From positions 62,001 to 126,000 of the forward strand of contig CAZBBK010000006.1 of assembly GCA_964490075.1 (NCBI GenBank): a stretch of 64,000 bases of DNA, in the 5' to 3' direction. The notes under the pieces were generated by a model. The model was not told the DNA's origin. It ran no database searches and saw only the letters and a list, made by a program, of their open reading frames with translations. The translations under genes and the position numbers were made by a program. Source of the DNA: an uncultured Gemmatimonadota bacterium (GTDB taxonomy: Bacteria; GCA-2686955). Shown here one piece after another: positions 53,752 through 62,774 of this stretch (within the stretch, counting starts at the first letter, position 1; the number at the start of each line of letters is the position of its first letter).

Positions 53752-55211
53752 GGGCGCATCCGCTGCCGGGCGGCGATCTCGATGCTGCGCAGGCGGTCCT
53801 TGTAGATCGCGTAGCGGTTGGCGGTCTCGAGCGGCAGGTCGGCGTCGCTGTTGCCTTCCCAGCGACGGCACCAGTAGAGCGAATCGTAGATGCGGGCGAT
53901 GCGATGGCGGCGCGAGAGCGCCAGCATCACTCCGTAATCCTCGCCGTAGCTGACGTTGGGAAAACCGACCCGGCGCAGCGTGGGCACGTGGTAGGCACGC
54001 GGGGCTCCCAAGCCGTGGATCCGCAGCGCGTTGTTGTGGCCGTTCTCGTCGCTCCACTCGCGGTGATCGACCAAACCGGGCGGCAGGGGCTGGAGGTCGA
54101 AGTCGACGGTGGTGTAGGAGCCGACCAGGGCGGCGCAGGAACCGCGCTCGAGCTCGGCGACGATGCGCGCCAGGACCGTGGTCCCGTCGTAGAGATCGTC
54201 GCTGTCGAGCTGCACCGCGTAGCGCCCGCAGTAGGCGGAGCGGATCGCCAGATCCCAGCAGCCGCCGATGCCGAGGTCCGTGCGCGCCGGCACCTGGTGC
54301 ACGATGCGAGGGTCGGCGGCCGCCAGCTCGGCCAGAAGATCGCTGGTGCCGTCGCTGGAATGATTGTCGACCACCAGCACGTTGAAGGGAAACTCCGTCT
54401 CTTGATCGACCGCGCTGCGCACCGCCTCGCCGACGGTCTTGACCCGATCGCGCACCGGAATCACCACCGAAGCCCGCACCAGATAGTCGTGCCGGTCATC
54501 GATCAGGGGTGCATCGGGTGGGTCGACGAAGGCGCCGATGCGCCGCAGATGGTCGGTGGCGACCCGCTCCATCTCCTCCTGGTAATCGCGCCGCCGCGGA
54601 TCGACGTAGTCGAAGATGCTCTCGCCGCTGCGGCGCGCCGGGGCGGCGCTGCGCCGGTAGAGCGGCTCCGGCAGATGCAGAATCGTTCCCACCTCGGACG
54701 CGCGCAGCCGCAGCTCGTAAAACGCCCCATGGCGCAGATCGCCCGCCAAGCGCGCCGCGGCCTGGGCCACCACCGCGCCGGAGAAGAGCAGAAGCGAGCC
54801 GAAGTCGAAATCGTCGCGAATGCTGCCGCTCTGGTATCCGACCAGCGGGTGGAGGCGCGGCGCAGCGCCGGCATCGACCTCGACGTAGTCGCCATAGGCC
54901 GCCGCCGCGCCGCTGGCTCGCAACGCACCGGCCAGACGCGCGATCCCCTCGCGCGGCAGACGCGGGGCGCCAGGCAGCACCCAGAGCAGGTCGGCCGATC
55001 CCTGCTCGCGGTGCCAGTTGAGCACTCGCACGACGCATTCCGAGTCCCAGAGCGCCTCGGCCCTCACCGAATGCTCCGCCACCGGGGGCCCGCCCGCACC
55101 CGTCGCCACTCGGCAGATCTCTCCGACCAGGGGCGACTGCCGCAGATCGGCCACCGTCGCCTCGACCTCGTCATCCGCGGCCTGGGTCACGACCGCCGCC
55201 AGTTGATTCAC
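53748..55211 (-). CDS. Glycosyltransferase family 2 (two-domain)
   Basis: YQSGSIRDDFDFG, FDYVDPR, ASVVIPVRDR, VVDNHSSDGT, VQLDSDD, SYGEDY; GGAG RBS before GTG 55211. Confidence 0.88.
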   Translation of the reverse strand: MNQLAAVVTQAADDEVEATVADLRQSPLVGEICRVATGAGGPPVAEHSVRAEALWDSECVVRVLNWHREQGSADLLWVLPGAPRLPREGIARLAGALRASGAAAAYGDYVEVDAGAAPRLHPLVGYQSGSIRDDFDFGSLLLFSGAVVAQAAARLAGDLRHGAFYELRLRASEVGTILHLPEPLYRRSAAPARRSGESIFDYVDPRRRDYQEEMERVATDHLRRIGAFVDPPDAPLIDDRHDYLVRASVVIPVRDRVKTVGEAVRSAVDQETEFPFNVLVVDNHSSDGTSDLLAELAAADPRIVHQVPARTDLGIGGCWDLAIRSAYCGRYAVQLDSDDLYDGTTVLARIVAELERGSCAALVGSYTTVDFDLQPLPPGLVDHREWSDENGHNNALRIHGLGAPRAYHVPTLRRVGFPNVSYGEDYGVMLALSRRHRIARIYDSLYWCRRWEGNSDADLPLETANRYAIYKDRLRSIEIAARQRMRP

Positions 55212-55433
55212 GTGTTGACTCCGCTCTGCGTTTCGCGCCTGGTCAAGATAGCGAGGATTCGCCTCGATCGCGAGTGGCCGGCGGGCGGCGGAATGACGGG
55301 GAAGGAGGCGTCGACGATTGGATCGAGGGCCCGGTCTGTTTCGAGATGGGCACACGGCCCCACTCTACGGACCGGGCGCCTTTCTGGCCATGTCTGGTCG
55401 CGCCGCCCCCGTCTCGACCATCCGCTCCCTATT

Positions 55434-55613
55434 CGTCATCCCGGCGAAAACCGGAATCCACGCCCGCGGATTGGCCCGATCCGCGGGTAGTCGCCCGGTT
55501 CCAACAAAGCAGGGTCGAGCGATCAGCGAACCGGCTTCCTCCCCCGGCGGCCGTTTCCAGCGACTGAGCAGCCTCAGGCGGCGATTGGGCCCCCTGCGCC
55601 TGAGTCTGCTCAG
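55434..55613. repeat. Cluster of palindromes including a REP-like unit
   Basis: CGTCATCCCGGCGAAAACCGGAATCCA (55434-55460); CCCGCGGAT/ATCCGCGGG stem (55463-55487); 17-bp inverted repeat 55564-55580/55597-55613 with one mismatch. Confidence 0.55.
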
Positions 55614-55844
55614 GAACCCGATCCCGACCCCATCCCCGCCCCACCTCTCACCCCCCATGCAAGGTCACCCGGCGCCCCCCCGGCGTGCTCGCCGCGCCGA
55701 ACACCGTCCGCTCGACGATCGCCACTGGTGCCGGAGCGGCGCAAGAGAGACTCGGGTGCGAGGGATGGAGGACCGAAGCGCAGGCGCCGAGCGGGCGCGA
55801 GGCGTGGGGAATTGGCGGGGGGGGCCCGGGCCCCCCCCCCCCCC

Positions 55845-56036
55845 CCGCGCGGAGAGGCGCTCAATTTGACGCTCCGCGCACGGAGAAGGACTCGGTTTGA
55901 CAAACCCCGCTCAACTTGACGCAGAAGGCGCTCAGAACCGGCCTTTCTCGGGCATTTTGGACCCCTGGGCCAGGCAAGTGTCAAACCGAGGTGCTCTCCG
56001 TGCGCGAAGTGTCAAATCGAGCGCCTCTCCGCGCGG
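55845..56036. mobile_element. MITE-like element: 58-bp imperfect inverted repeats around a 76-bp spacer
   Basis: Arm 55845-55902 versus reverse complement of arm 55979-56036 differ at 7 positions; TTGAC sub-repeats; no transposase in the window. Confidence 0.5.
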
Positions 56037-59000
56037 AAAGCCCCCCCGCCGCCCGCGGCCCATCCGGAAGATCGGCCAGCAGCGCCTCCGCGCGCTCCAA
56101 TATCTGCTCGACCAGCGCCGCCGGCGGCTCCGCGTCCGAGGCGCCGTAGGCCCGCTCCACCTCGACCGCGCTGGCCAGGAATCCGGCCCCCTCGAAGCTC
56201 ACCAGCCCCTTGGGCACCAAGACCTCGTGCAGCAGGCGAGTCGCCGGGAGCTGCTCACTCCCCGGCTCGGCGAGGCCGGCGGCGACCGCGCGCAGCGCCG
56301 TCTCCAGCGACTCCCGCACCCTGCCAAACGCCTCCGCCGGGATCCCCGCGCCGACCAGCGCCCGCGCCGCGGCCAGCTTGCGGTGGGCATTGCGGAACAG
56401 GGCGCGCGCCGCATCATCGCGATCCGGGTCCGGCGCCTCCGCTTGGCGCTCCAACTTCGGAGCAGAACGCACCCGGGGCGTCGTCCCCACCAGCGCGTGG
56501 CCCGCGCCCTCCCGCTCCCCGTCGCCAGCGCTCGGGCCCCCATCGACCCGGGCCTCGTCCCCCACCTCATCCCCAATTCCGGCCCCCCCCAACCCCGCGT
56601 CGCCCACCGGCACCTCCTGCGCACCATCCGCCACGCCGGGCCGCGTCTCATCGTCCCGCCACGAATCGGACGCCATCGCCTCGAGCATCGGTCGCACCGC
56701 TCGCAGCACTCCGGGCGCCGAGTCGATCTCCCTTGCACTGGCGCCGGCCGCCAGCACCTCGTGAAAGAGCTCCTTCTTGCGCACCAGGACCCGCTCGATG
56801 CCGCTCTCGATCGAGCGTTCGGCAATCAGCAGCAACACATGCACCGGGCGCTTCTGGCCGAGCCGATGCACGCGGGCGATCCGCTGGTCGAGGCGCGCCG
56901 GGTTGAAGGGCAGCTCCAGGTTGACGACAGTGTCGGCACACTGCAGGTTGAGGCCGACGCCGCCGGCATCGGTGGAAAAGAGGATGCGACAGTCTGGGTC
57001 GCTGCGGAAACGGTCCAGCAGGGCGCCGCGCTTGGCGCTGGGCACGGCGCCGCAGAGCAGCTCGTAACCCAACTCCAGCTCGCGCGCCCGGTCGGCGGCC
57101 AGGCGAATCATCCGCTCCCACTCGCTGAACACCACCACCTTGCGCCCGCTCTCGGCCGCGAGATCGTCGAAAATGCGCGTCAGCTCGTCCAGCTTGGGGG
57201 AATCTTTGTTGTCGTTGTCGACCAACCAGGCGGAGTTACAGGCCATACGTGCGCGCTGGATCGCGGCGAAGAGCTGTTTCTCCTCCGAGGGCGTCAAGGG
57301 ACGCTTTTCGGCACGGGCGGCTATCATCGCCGCGAGCTGCACTGCCTCGTCGTGGAACTCTCGCATCGGCGCAGTGAGCTCCACGTAGAAACGATTTTCT
57401 ATGCGCTCGGGAAGCTGCGTCAGAACCGCGTCGCGGGTCCGGCGCAGCACCACCGGGCGCAGCCTCCGCCGCAGCTCGTCGAGGTTGCGGTGGCCGATGC
57501 CACGGGGCTTGCCGCGCCCGCTTCCGCGCCCTTCGGCGGGCTTGAAAAAGCGTTGATTGAAGGCCCAGAGCGGCCCCAGAATGCGCGGCTCGACCGCCTG
57601 CATCAACGAATAGAGGTCGTCGAGACGGTTTTCCAGCGGGGTGCCGGTCAGCACGAACACGTGCTGCGCCGGGATCTGCTTCACGCGAGTGGCGGTCTTG
57701 GTGCGCCAGTTCTTGATGCGCTGCGCTTCATCGAGGATCAAGAGGTCGGGGTCGAGGGCGCGCACCAGCTCCAGGTCGCGAATCACCAGCTCGTAGTTGA
57801 CGATGGTGAAGGGGGCCTGGCGCCGATACAGGCCGCGACGCACTTTCGGTGCGCCCCAGACCACGCAGGGCTCGGCACCCGAGAACCGTCGAATCTCCTG
57901 CTCCCATTGGTGCTTCAGCGATGCCGGGCAGACCAACAGCACGCGCTCCACCTCATCGCGCGAGCGCAAATGCAGCGCGGCGGCGATCGCCTGCACCGTT
58001 TTGCCCAGGCCCATGTCGTCGGCCAGGAGCGCCGATCCTCGCCCGGCCAGGAAGGCCGCGCCCTCGACCTGGTAAGGGTAGAGCTGGCCGCGAAAGCCGC
58101 GCAGGCGCGCACCGGCGGCGGAGATCTCGCGCCGCACCTGCTCGTCGCGCTGCCGAGCGCGGTCGTCGCGCTCTACCTGCTCCAGGAAAGCCAGCACGTC
58201 GTCGTCGACCGTCACCAGATTGCTGCCCCGGCAGATCGCCTGCATCGCCGGGATCGACTGGCGCGGGTCGGCCGCCAGCACCCCGGCGGCGTCGAAGAAG
58301 CGATCGGCGATGCGCCGCTCCTCGGGTGAAGGATGACCCGAGGCCAGGAGCGCCACGCGCGGATGGTCGTCGCGACGCACCACCACCCGCGCCTGGTCGA
58401 GACGCATTCGCGCCAGCTTGTCGAACTTGTGCGGCGCCCGGGCGCGCGCGCGCTGCAGAACCGCCTCGATATGCTTGCAGGTGCCCAGCATGTTGACCTG
58501 GAAGTCGGGACAGGTGCAGCGGTTGGCCGGCACCCTCAGGTCGCGGATCTGGACCTCGTAGTCGGCCGCGCCCTGCTCGCCGGCGACCCGAAAGCGGCCG
58601 AACACCATGCCGCCTTCCAAGCGCCGGATGCGCGGCTCCTCCTTGCGTCCCCGCTCCAGGCGCACTTCGATCTCATGCTCCCGCACCGCCAGGTACGATC
58701 CCCAGCGACCCGCGCCCCGATCGCCGGCCGGAGGCGCACGGTCCGCGTCGGTCTCCTCGGCGCCGCCGAGGCGCTCGGCCAAGGCCTCGACCGCCTGCTC
58801 GTCGCTGGCCGCCAGCGCCGCGGCCGCCGCGTGCTTGCAGATCGGCTCCCAGTCGAAAGGACAGGCGCACTCGACTTCGAGCTCGTCGCCGGCGAAGCGC
58901 AGGGTGACCGCGTAGGGCCGCTCGCCCGAGCCGAGCACGCGGGCATCGATGCGATCGGTGTCGACCCGCAGCGCCCGAACACGCTGGCGATCGACCAGGT

Positions 59001-59094
59001 CGAGGGCGCGCAGCAGGATCTTCTGGCTGGTCCGGGCGGCGACGCGGGCAAGCAGGGAAGGGGGAGCAAGGGGCGTGGAGGTTGGGGCGGACAC
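55981..59094 (-). CDS. SWIM zinc-finger (x2) SNF2-family helicase with C-terminal HEPN-like helical domain
   Basis: CACPFDWEPICKH and CTCPDFQVNMLGTCKH (SWIM); LLADDMGLGKT, DEAQRIKN, LTGTPLEN, DAGGVGLNLQ, QRIARVHRLGQ; AGGAG RBS. Confidence 0.9.
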   Translation of the reverse strand: MSAPTSTPLAPPSLLARVAARTSQKILLRALDLVDRQRVRALRVDTDRIDARVLGSGERPYAVTLRFAGDELEVECACPFDWEPICKHAAAAALAASDEQAVEALAERLGGAEETDADRAPPAGDRGAGRWGSYLAVREHEIEVRLERGRKEEPRIRRLEGGMVFGRFRVAGEQGAADYEVQIRDLRVPANRCTCPDFQVNMLGTCKHIEAVLQRARARAPHKFDKLARMRLDQARVVVRRDDHPRVALLASGHPSPEERRIADRFFDAAGVLAADPRQSIPAMQAICRGSNLVTVDDDVLAFLEQVERDDRARQRDEQVRREISAAGARLRGFRGQLYPYQVEGAAFLAGRGSALLADDMGLGKTVQAIAAALHLRSRDEVERVLLVCPASLKHQWEQEIRRFSGAEPCVVWGAPKVRRGLYRRQAPFTIVNYELVIRDLELVRALDPDLLILDEAQRIKNWRTKTATRVKQIPAQHVFVLTGTPLENRLDDLYSLMQAVEPRILGPLWAFNQRFFKPAEGRGSGRGKPRGIGHRNLDELRRRLRPVVLRRTRDAVLTQLPERIENRFYVELTAPMREFHDEAVQLAAMIAARAEKRPLTPSEEKQLFAAIQRARMACNSAWLVDNDNKDSPKLDELTRIFDDLAAESGRKVVVFSEWERMIRLAADRARELELGYELLCGAVPSAKRGALLDRFRSDPDCRILFSTDAGGVGLNLQCADTVVNLELPFNPARLDQRIARVHRLGQKRPVHVLLLIAERSIESGIERVLVRKKELFHEVLAAGASAREIDSAPGVLRAVRPMLEAMASDSWRDDETRPGVADGAQEVPVGDAGLGGAGIGDEVGDEARVDGGPSAGDGEREGAGHALVGTTPRVRSAPKLERQAEAPDPDRDDAARALFRNAHRKLAAARALVGAGIPAEAFGRVRESLETALRAVAAGLAEPGSEQLPATRLLHEVLVPKGLVSFEGAGFLASAVEVERAYGASDAEPPAALVEQILERAEALLADLPDGPRAAGGLSARRGARFDTSRTESTSV

Positions 59095-59175
59095 GAGCGG
59101 CTCCTGCGGGGGCGGTGGGCGGATAGCAGGATCCTACAACGCGACACGCGGGAGAGCGCGAGCGGCGGTCCTTCC

Positions 59176-59562
59176 TCACCCGCCCTGGTAGATCTGAATC
59201 AGGTTGCCGCAGCCGTCGTCGAACATCGCCACCGTGGTGTCTCCGGCCGGGCTCGGCTCGACGCGGAAGTCGACGCCGGCGGCCTCGAGGCGATCGAACT
59301 CCGCCGCGACATCGTCCACCTCGAAAGAGGCGAGAGGGATGCCGGCGTCGAAGAGGGCCCGCTGGTAGGTGGCCGCGGCCGGATTGACGTTGGGCTCCAA
59401 CACCAATTGGGTGCCCTCGGGCTCGTCGGCCGAAACCACGGTCAGCCAGCGGAACTTCCCGACCGGCAGGTCGACCTTCTTCACGAATCCGAGCAGCTCG
59501 GTGTAGAAACGCAGGGCGCGCTCTTGATCGGCGACCAACACACTGTTCAACTTGATTCTCAT
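59176..59562 (-). CDS. VOC (glyoxalase/bleomycin resistance) family protein
   Basis: SVLVADQERALRFYTELLGF, RWLTV, FEVDDV, FDDGCGNLIQI. Confidence 0.92.
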   Translation of the reverse strand: MRIKLNSVLVADQERALRFYTELLGFVKKVDLPVGKFRWLTVVSADEPEGTQLVLEPNVNPAAATYQRALFDAGIPLASFEVDDVAAEFDRLEAAGVDFRVEPSPAGDTTVAMFDDGCGNLIQIYQGG

Positions 59563-59613
59563 CGTGTTCTTCTCCGGGGGGGCAACGGCAGCCGCGCGCA
59601 GAGACGATCGATC

Positions 59614-60672
59614 ATGGCCAAGCACACGACCGAGCTCAGCGGAGACTTCCTGGCGGGACGCAAGGATCTTACTCGCTGGTTGCGACATCCGGGGGTGCGG
59701 CGCGCCGGCCGGCGGCTGCTGGCGCGGCCCGCGCTGCGCCGTATCTACGCACGGATCCCCTGGCAGCGGGTGGTTCCCTTCCCGGTGGTCGTCGCCGTGG
59801 AGCTGACCAATCACTGCAACCTGCGCTGCCCCATGTGCTACCGCTTCCACGCCCGGACCCGCCCGCTGGGGCACATGGACTTCGCCCTCTTCGAGCGGAT
59901 CATCGCCGAGCTGGCGGCCGCCCCGGCCTGTGCCGTGGTCCTGACCGGATTCGGCGAGCCCTTGCTGCATCCCGAGTTCGAGCGCTGCCTGGCGCACGCC
60001 TCGGGGAAGGGTCTGCGCGAGCTGGTGATCATCACCAACGCCACCCTGCTCAGCGCGGAGAAGACCGCCGCGATCCTCGACGCCGACCTCGGCGCGCTGC
60101 ACGTGAGCGTCGACGGCAACAGCTCCGACACCTACAACCGCTCCCGCGTCGGCGCCGAGTTCGAGGCCACGATGGCCAACATCCAGCACTTCCTGGAGGA
60201 GCGCGAGCGGCGCCGGCTGGGGCGCCCGGCGGTGGTGCTCCGGAGCGTGCTCGAGCGCGACAACGAGCACGAGCTCGACGCTTTGAAGAGGCGCTGGGAA
60301 GCGATGCTGCGGCCCACCGACGAGATCCAGATTCAACCGGTGATCCACCTGCCAGAGCGCCGGGCCGACGCGCGGAGCAAGCCGGCGGTCGAGCGCCGCG
60401 CGCGTCCCACCGGACCCTACCCCGCCTGTCCGGTGCTGCGGCGGCGGCTGGGAATCGGCTGGGACGGGGAGTACGCCTTCTGCTGCGCGGCCGATCTGCG
60501 CAGCGACCTGCATACCGGCTTCTACTTTCCCGATCTATCGATCGAAAAGGCCTGGCGACACGAGACCATCGACGCCGTCCGCCGTCTCCACGCTCTGGGC
60601 CGCAAGGACCTGGTGGCAGCCTGCCAGGGCTGCGAGCTCGGATCGGGATTCGAGGTCGAGGCGCCGAGCTGA
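59614..60672 (+). CDS. Radical SAM protein with SPASM/twitch domain
   Basis: ELTNHCNLRCPMC, GFGEPLLHP, TNATLL; C-terminal C...IGWDG...CC.D...C..C. Confidence 0.88.
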   Translation: MAKHTTELSGDFLAGRKDLTRWLRHPGVRRAGRRLLARPALRRIYARIPWQRVVPFPVVVAVELTNHCNLRCPMCYRFHARTRPLGHMDFALFERIIAELAAAPACAVVLTGFGEPLLHPEFERCLAHASGKGLRELVIITNATLLSAEKTAAILDADLGALHVSVDGNSSDTYNRSRVGAEFEATMANIQHFLEERERRRLGRPAVVLRSVLERDNEHELDALKRRWEAMLRPTDEIQIQPVIHLPERRADARSKPAVERRARPTGPYPACPVLRRRLGIGWDGEYAFCCAADLRSDLHTGFYFPDLSIEKAWRHETIDAVRRLHALGRKDLVAACQGCELGSGFEVEAPS

Positions 60673-60752
60673 GCGCCGATGGCGCTTACACTGGCCAGGG
60701 GCGCCACGACGGCCGCTGATCCCGCGCCCGTCCCGAACCTCGGAAAACGAAC

Positions 60753-62654
60753 ATGCAAAGACCCGTCTTCGCCGCCCTCGGCATCACCCTCGGCATCACC
60801 CTCGGCGGCGGCGCCGCGGCCGCCGCCGACCCCGCGGTTGCCGCCGCGGCACGCGCCCGCGGCCTGGATCCCGCCCGCCTGGCCACCCAGCACCGGGTGA
60901 GCGTCGACCTGCCCCTGACCGGACTGCGCTTCGAACGCGCCAAGGTGCGGAACCTCGGCACCCAGCGACTGCTCGACGTGGCCTGGGACGAAAGCGGCTC
61001 GCCGGTCGACGCCGAGGCCCTGCTGCGCGCCGAGCGCGACGCGCGCATCGCGCTGCGCGGCAGGATGAGCGACGCACTGGCCGATCGCGTGGCGGCGGCC
61101 GCCCCCGGCGAGCGGCTGCAGGTGGCGCTCTGGCTGCGCGCCGACCCGATCTCCGACGCACCGTCGAGCGCCGCGATGCGCGAATGGACCGCCGCTCGAG
61201 CCCATGACGAGCGCGCCTTTCGCATCGCCGAGCTGCGGACGGTCGCCGAGGATGCACAACGCGGCATCGACGCCCGGATTCGCGGCGGCGGCGGCGAGCT
61301 GCGCTACGCCAGCACCCTGGCCCCGCTGATCTATGCCGAGCTGCCGGCGGCGGCGCTCGCCGAGCTGGCCCGCGACTCGGCGGTCGACTGGGTCTACGAC
61401 GCCTGGCACCAGGGCGCCGACGAACTGAACATCCAATCCTGCGCCGTCAACGTCGATCCCGAAGTCTGGGACTACGGCCTGACCGGCGCCGGGGTGATCG
61501 TCGCCCACGTCGAGGACAGCCGCGCCGACCGCGACAACATCTGCCTGGAGTGCGACGCCGGGGCCAACAAGCCGACCCACTCGAACGTCGACCAGCACTC
61601 CACCGCCTGCACCGGCATGATGGTCTCCGCCCACGCCACCTACAAGGGGATCGCCCACGGGGCCTGCTTCTACAGCGCCAATGGCGGCAGCTACAGCGAT
61701 TCCGACATGGCCGGGGCGATCGACGCGGGCGCGGCCAACGCCGACCTGCAGAGCCACTCCTGGGGCACCGGCGGCACCGGCCAGCTCAACGAGCACGACC
61801 GCCACCTCGACTACGTGATCCGCCATGCCCGCCACTTCGCCGACGACTCGGCCGGCAACACCGGCAACAGCAACTACCTGACCAGCCCGGGCAACGGCTT
61901 CAACATCTGCACGGTGGCCAACTTCGACGACGAGAACAGCTGCGACTGGGGCGACGATCATGTCTCCTCCACGTCGTCGGGCAAAGACCCGCTCTCGCCG
62001 CACAGCGACCGCGAGAAGCCCGAAGTGGCCGGCCCCGGGACCAATATCATCAGCCTGAAGCTGGCCAGCCCCGGAACCTGCCCCACCGGCTCGGTCGGCA
62101 GCGGCACCAGCTATTCGGCGCCGATCATCGGCGGCATCGCGGCGCTGGCCATGGAGGCCGACCCGGCCCTGATGCTCTGGCCCGAGGCGCTCAAGGCGCT
62201 GCTCATGGCGTCGGGGGTGCACAACCTGGAGGGCGATCGGCGGCTGAGCGAGCTCGACGGCACCGGTGGCGTCGACGGCTCGGTGGCGGCGACCTCGGCG
62301 GTGCTCGGTCGCTGGAAGGCGGGGATCCTGAGCGCGGCGAGCTTCGCGCCCGACTCCACCTTCGAGACCGATGTCGGCCACGTCGCAGCCGGCCAGCGCC
62401 TCAAGGTGGTGGTCTGCTGGGATTCCAACCCGGACGCCGGCTATGCCACCGACCCGCTGGAGGCCGACATCGATCTCGACCTGATCGATCCGGCCGGCGC
62501 GGTGGTCGCTTCGTCGAGCTCCTACGACAACAGCTACGAGGTGGTCGACCTGGACGTCGCCACGACGGGTCTCTACCGCGCCCGACTGAGCTTCCGCACC
62601 TGGCTCGGCGACAGCGAGTACGTGGGCGGCGCCTTCACCGTGAGCGATCCTTGA
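60753..62654 (+). CDS. Secreted S8 serine peptidase with propeptide and C-terminal beta-sandwich domain
   Basis: Signal peptide; GAGVIVAHVED, HSTACTG, SAGN, KPEVAGPG, GTSYSAP; C-terminal W...DIDL.L.....ASSSSYDNSYE. Confidence 0.85.
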   Translation: MQRPVFAALGITLGITLGGGAAAAADPAVAAAARARGLDPARLATQHRVSVDLPLTGLRFERAKVRNLGTQRLLDVAWDESGSPVDAEALLRAERDARIALRGRMSDALADRVAAAAPGERLQVALWLRADPISDAPSSAAMREWTAARAHDERAFRIAELRTVAEDAQRGIDARIRGGGGELRYASTLAPLIYAELPAAALAELARDSAVDWVYDAWHQGADELNIQSCAVNVDPEVWDYGLTGAGVIVAHVEDSRADRDNICLECDAGANKPTHSNVDQHSTACTGMMVSAHATYKGIAHGACFYSANGGSYSDSDMAGAIDAGAANADLQSHSWGTGGTGQLNEHDRHLDYVIRHARHFADDSAGNTGNSNYLTSPGNGFNICTVANFDDENSCDWGDDHVSSTSSGKDPLSPHSDREKPEVAGPGTNIISLKLASPGTCPTGSVGSGTSYSAPIIGGIAALAMEADPALMLWPEALKALLMASGVHNLEGDRRLSELDGTGGVDGSVAATSAVLGRWKAGILSAASFAPDSTFETDVGHVAAGQRLKVVVCWDSNPDAGYATDPLEADIDLDLIDPAGAVVASSSSYDNSYEVVDLDVATTGLYRARLSFRTWLGDSEYVGGAFTVSDP

Positions 62655-62774
62655 TCCGGACCGGAGTGGCGGAATCACCGGAGCGGACCCATCCTTGCAT
62701 TTGACCTCGGTTGGGTCCGGGGTTGCTCTGTTCGCGTCAGTCGTTCGGGGCACCGGACGCTGGGGGGTCGAAAA

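Noticed and set aside
60772-60806. Short tandem repeat CCCTCGGCATCA in the S8 signal peptide
   Set aside because: Only two full in-frame 12-bp copies plus a partial (LGIT-LGIT-LG); a trivial slippage duplication.
59614-62654. Radical SAM/SPASM gene next to an S8 peptidase as a RiPP cluster
   Set aside because: No precursor peptide, RRE/PqqD domain or exporter is visible, and the peptidase is secreted; adjacency alone is insufficient.
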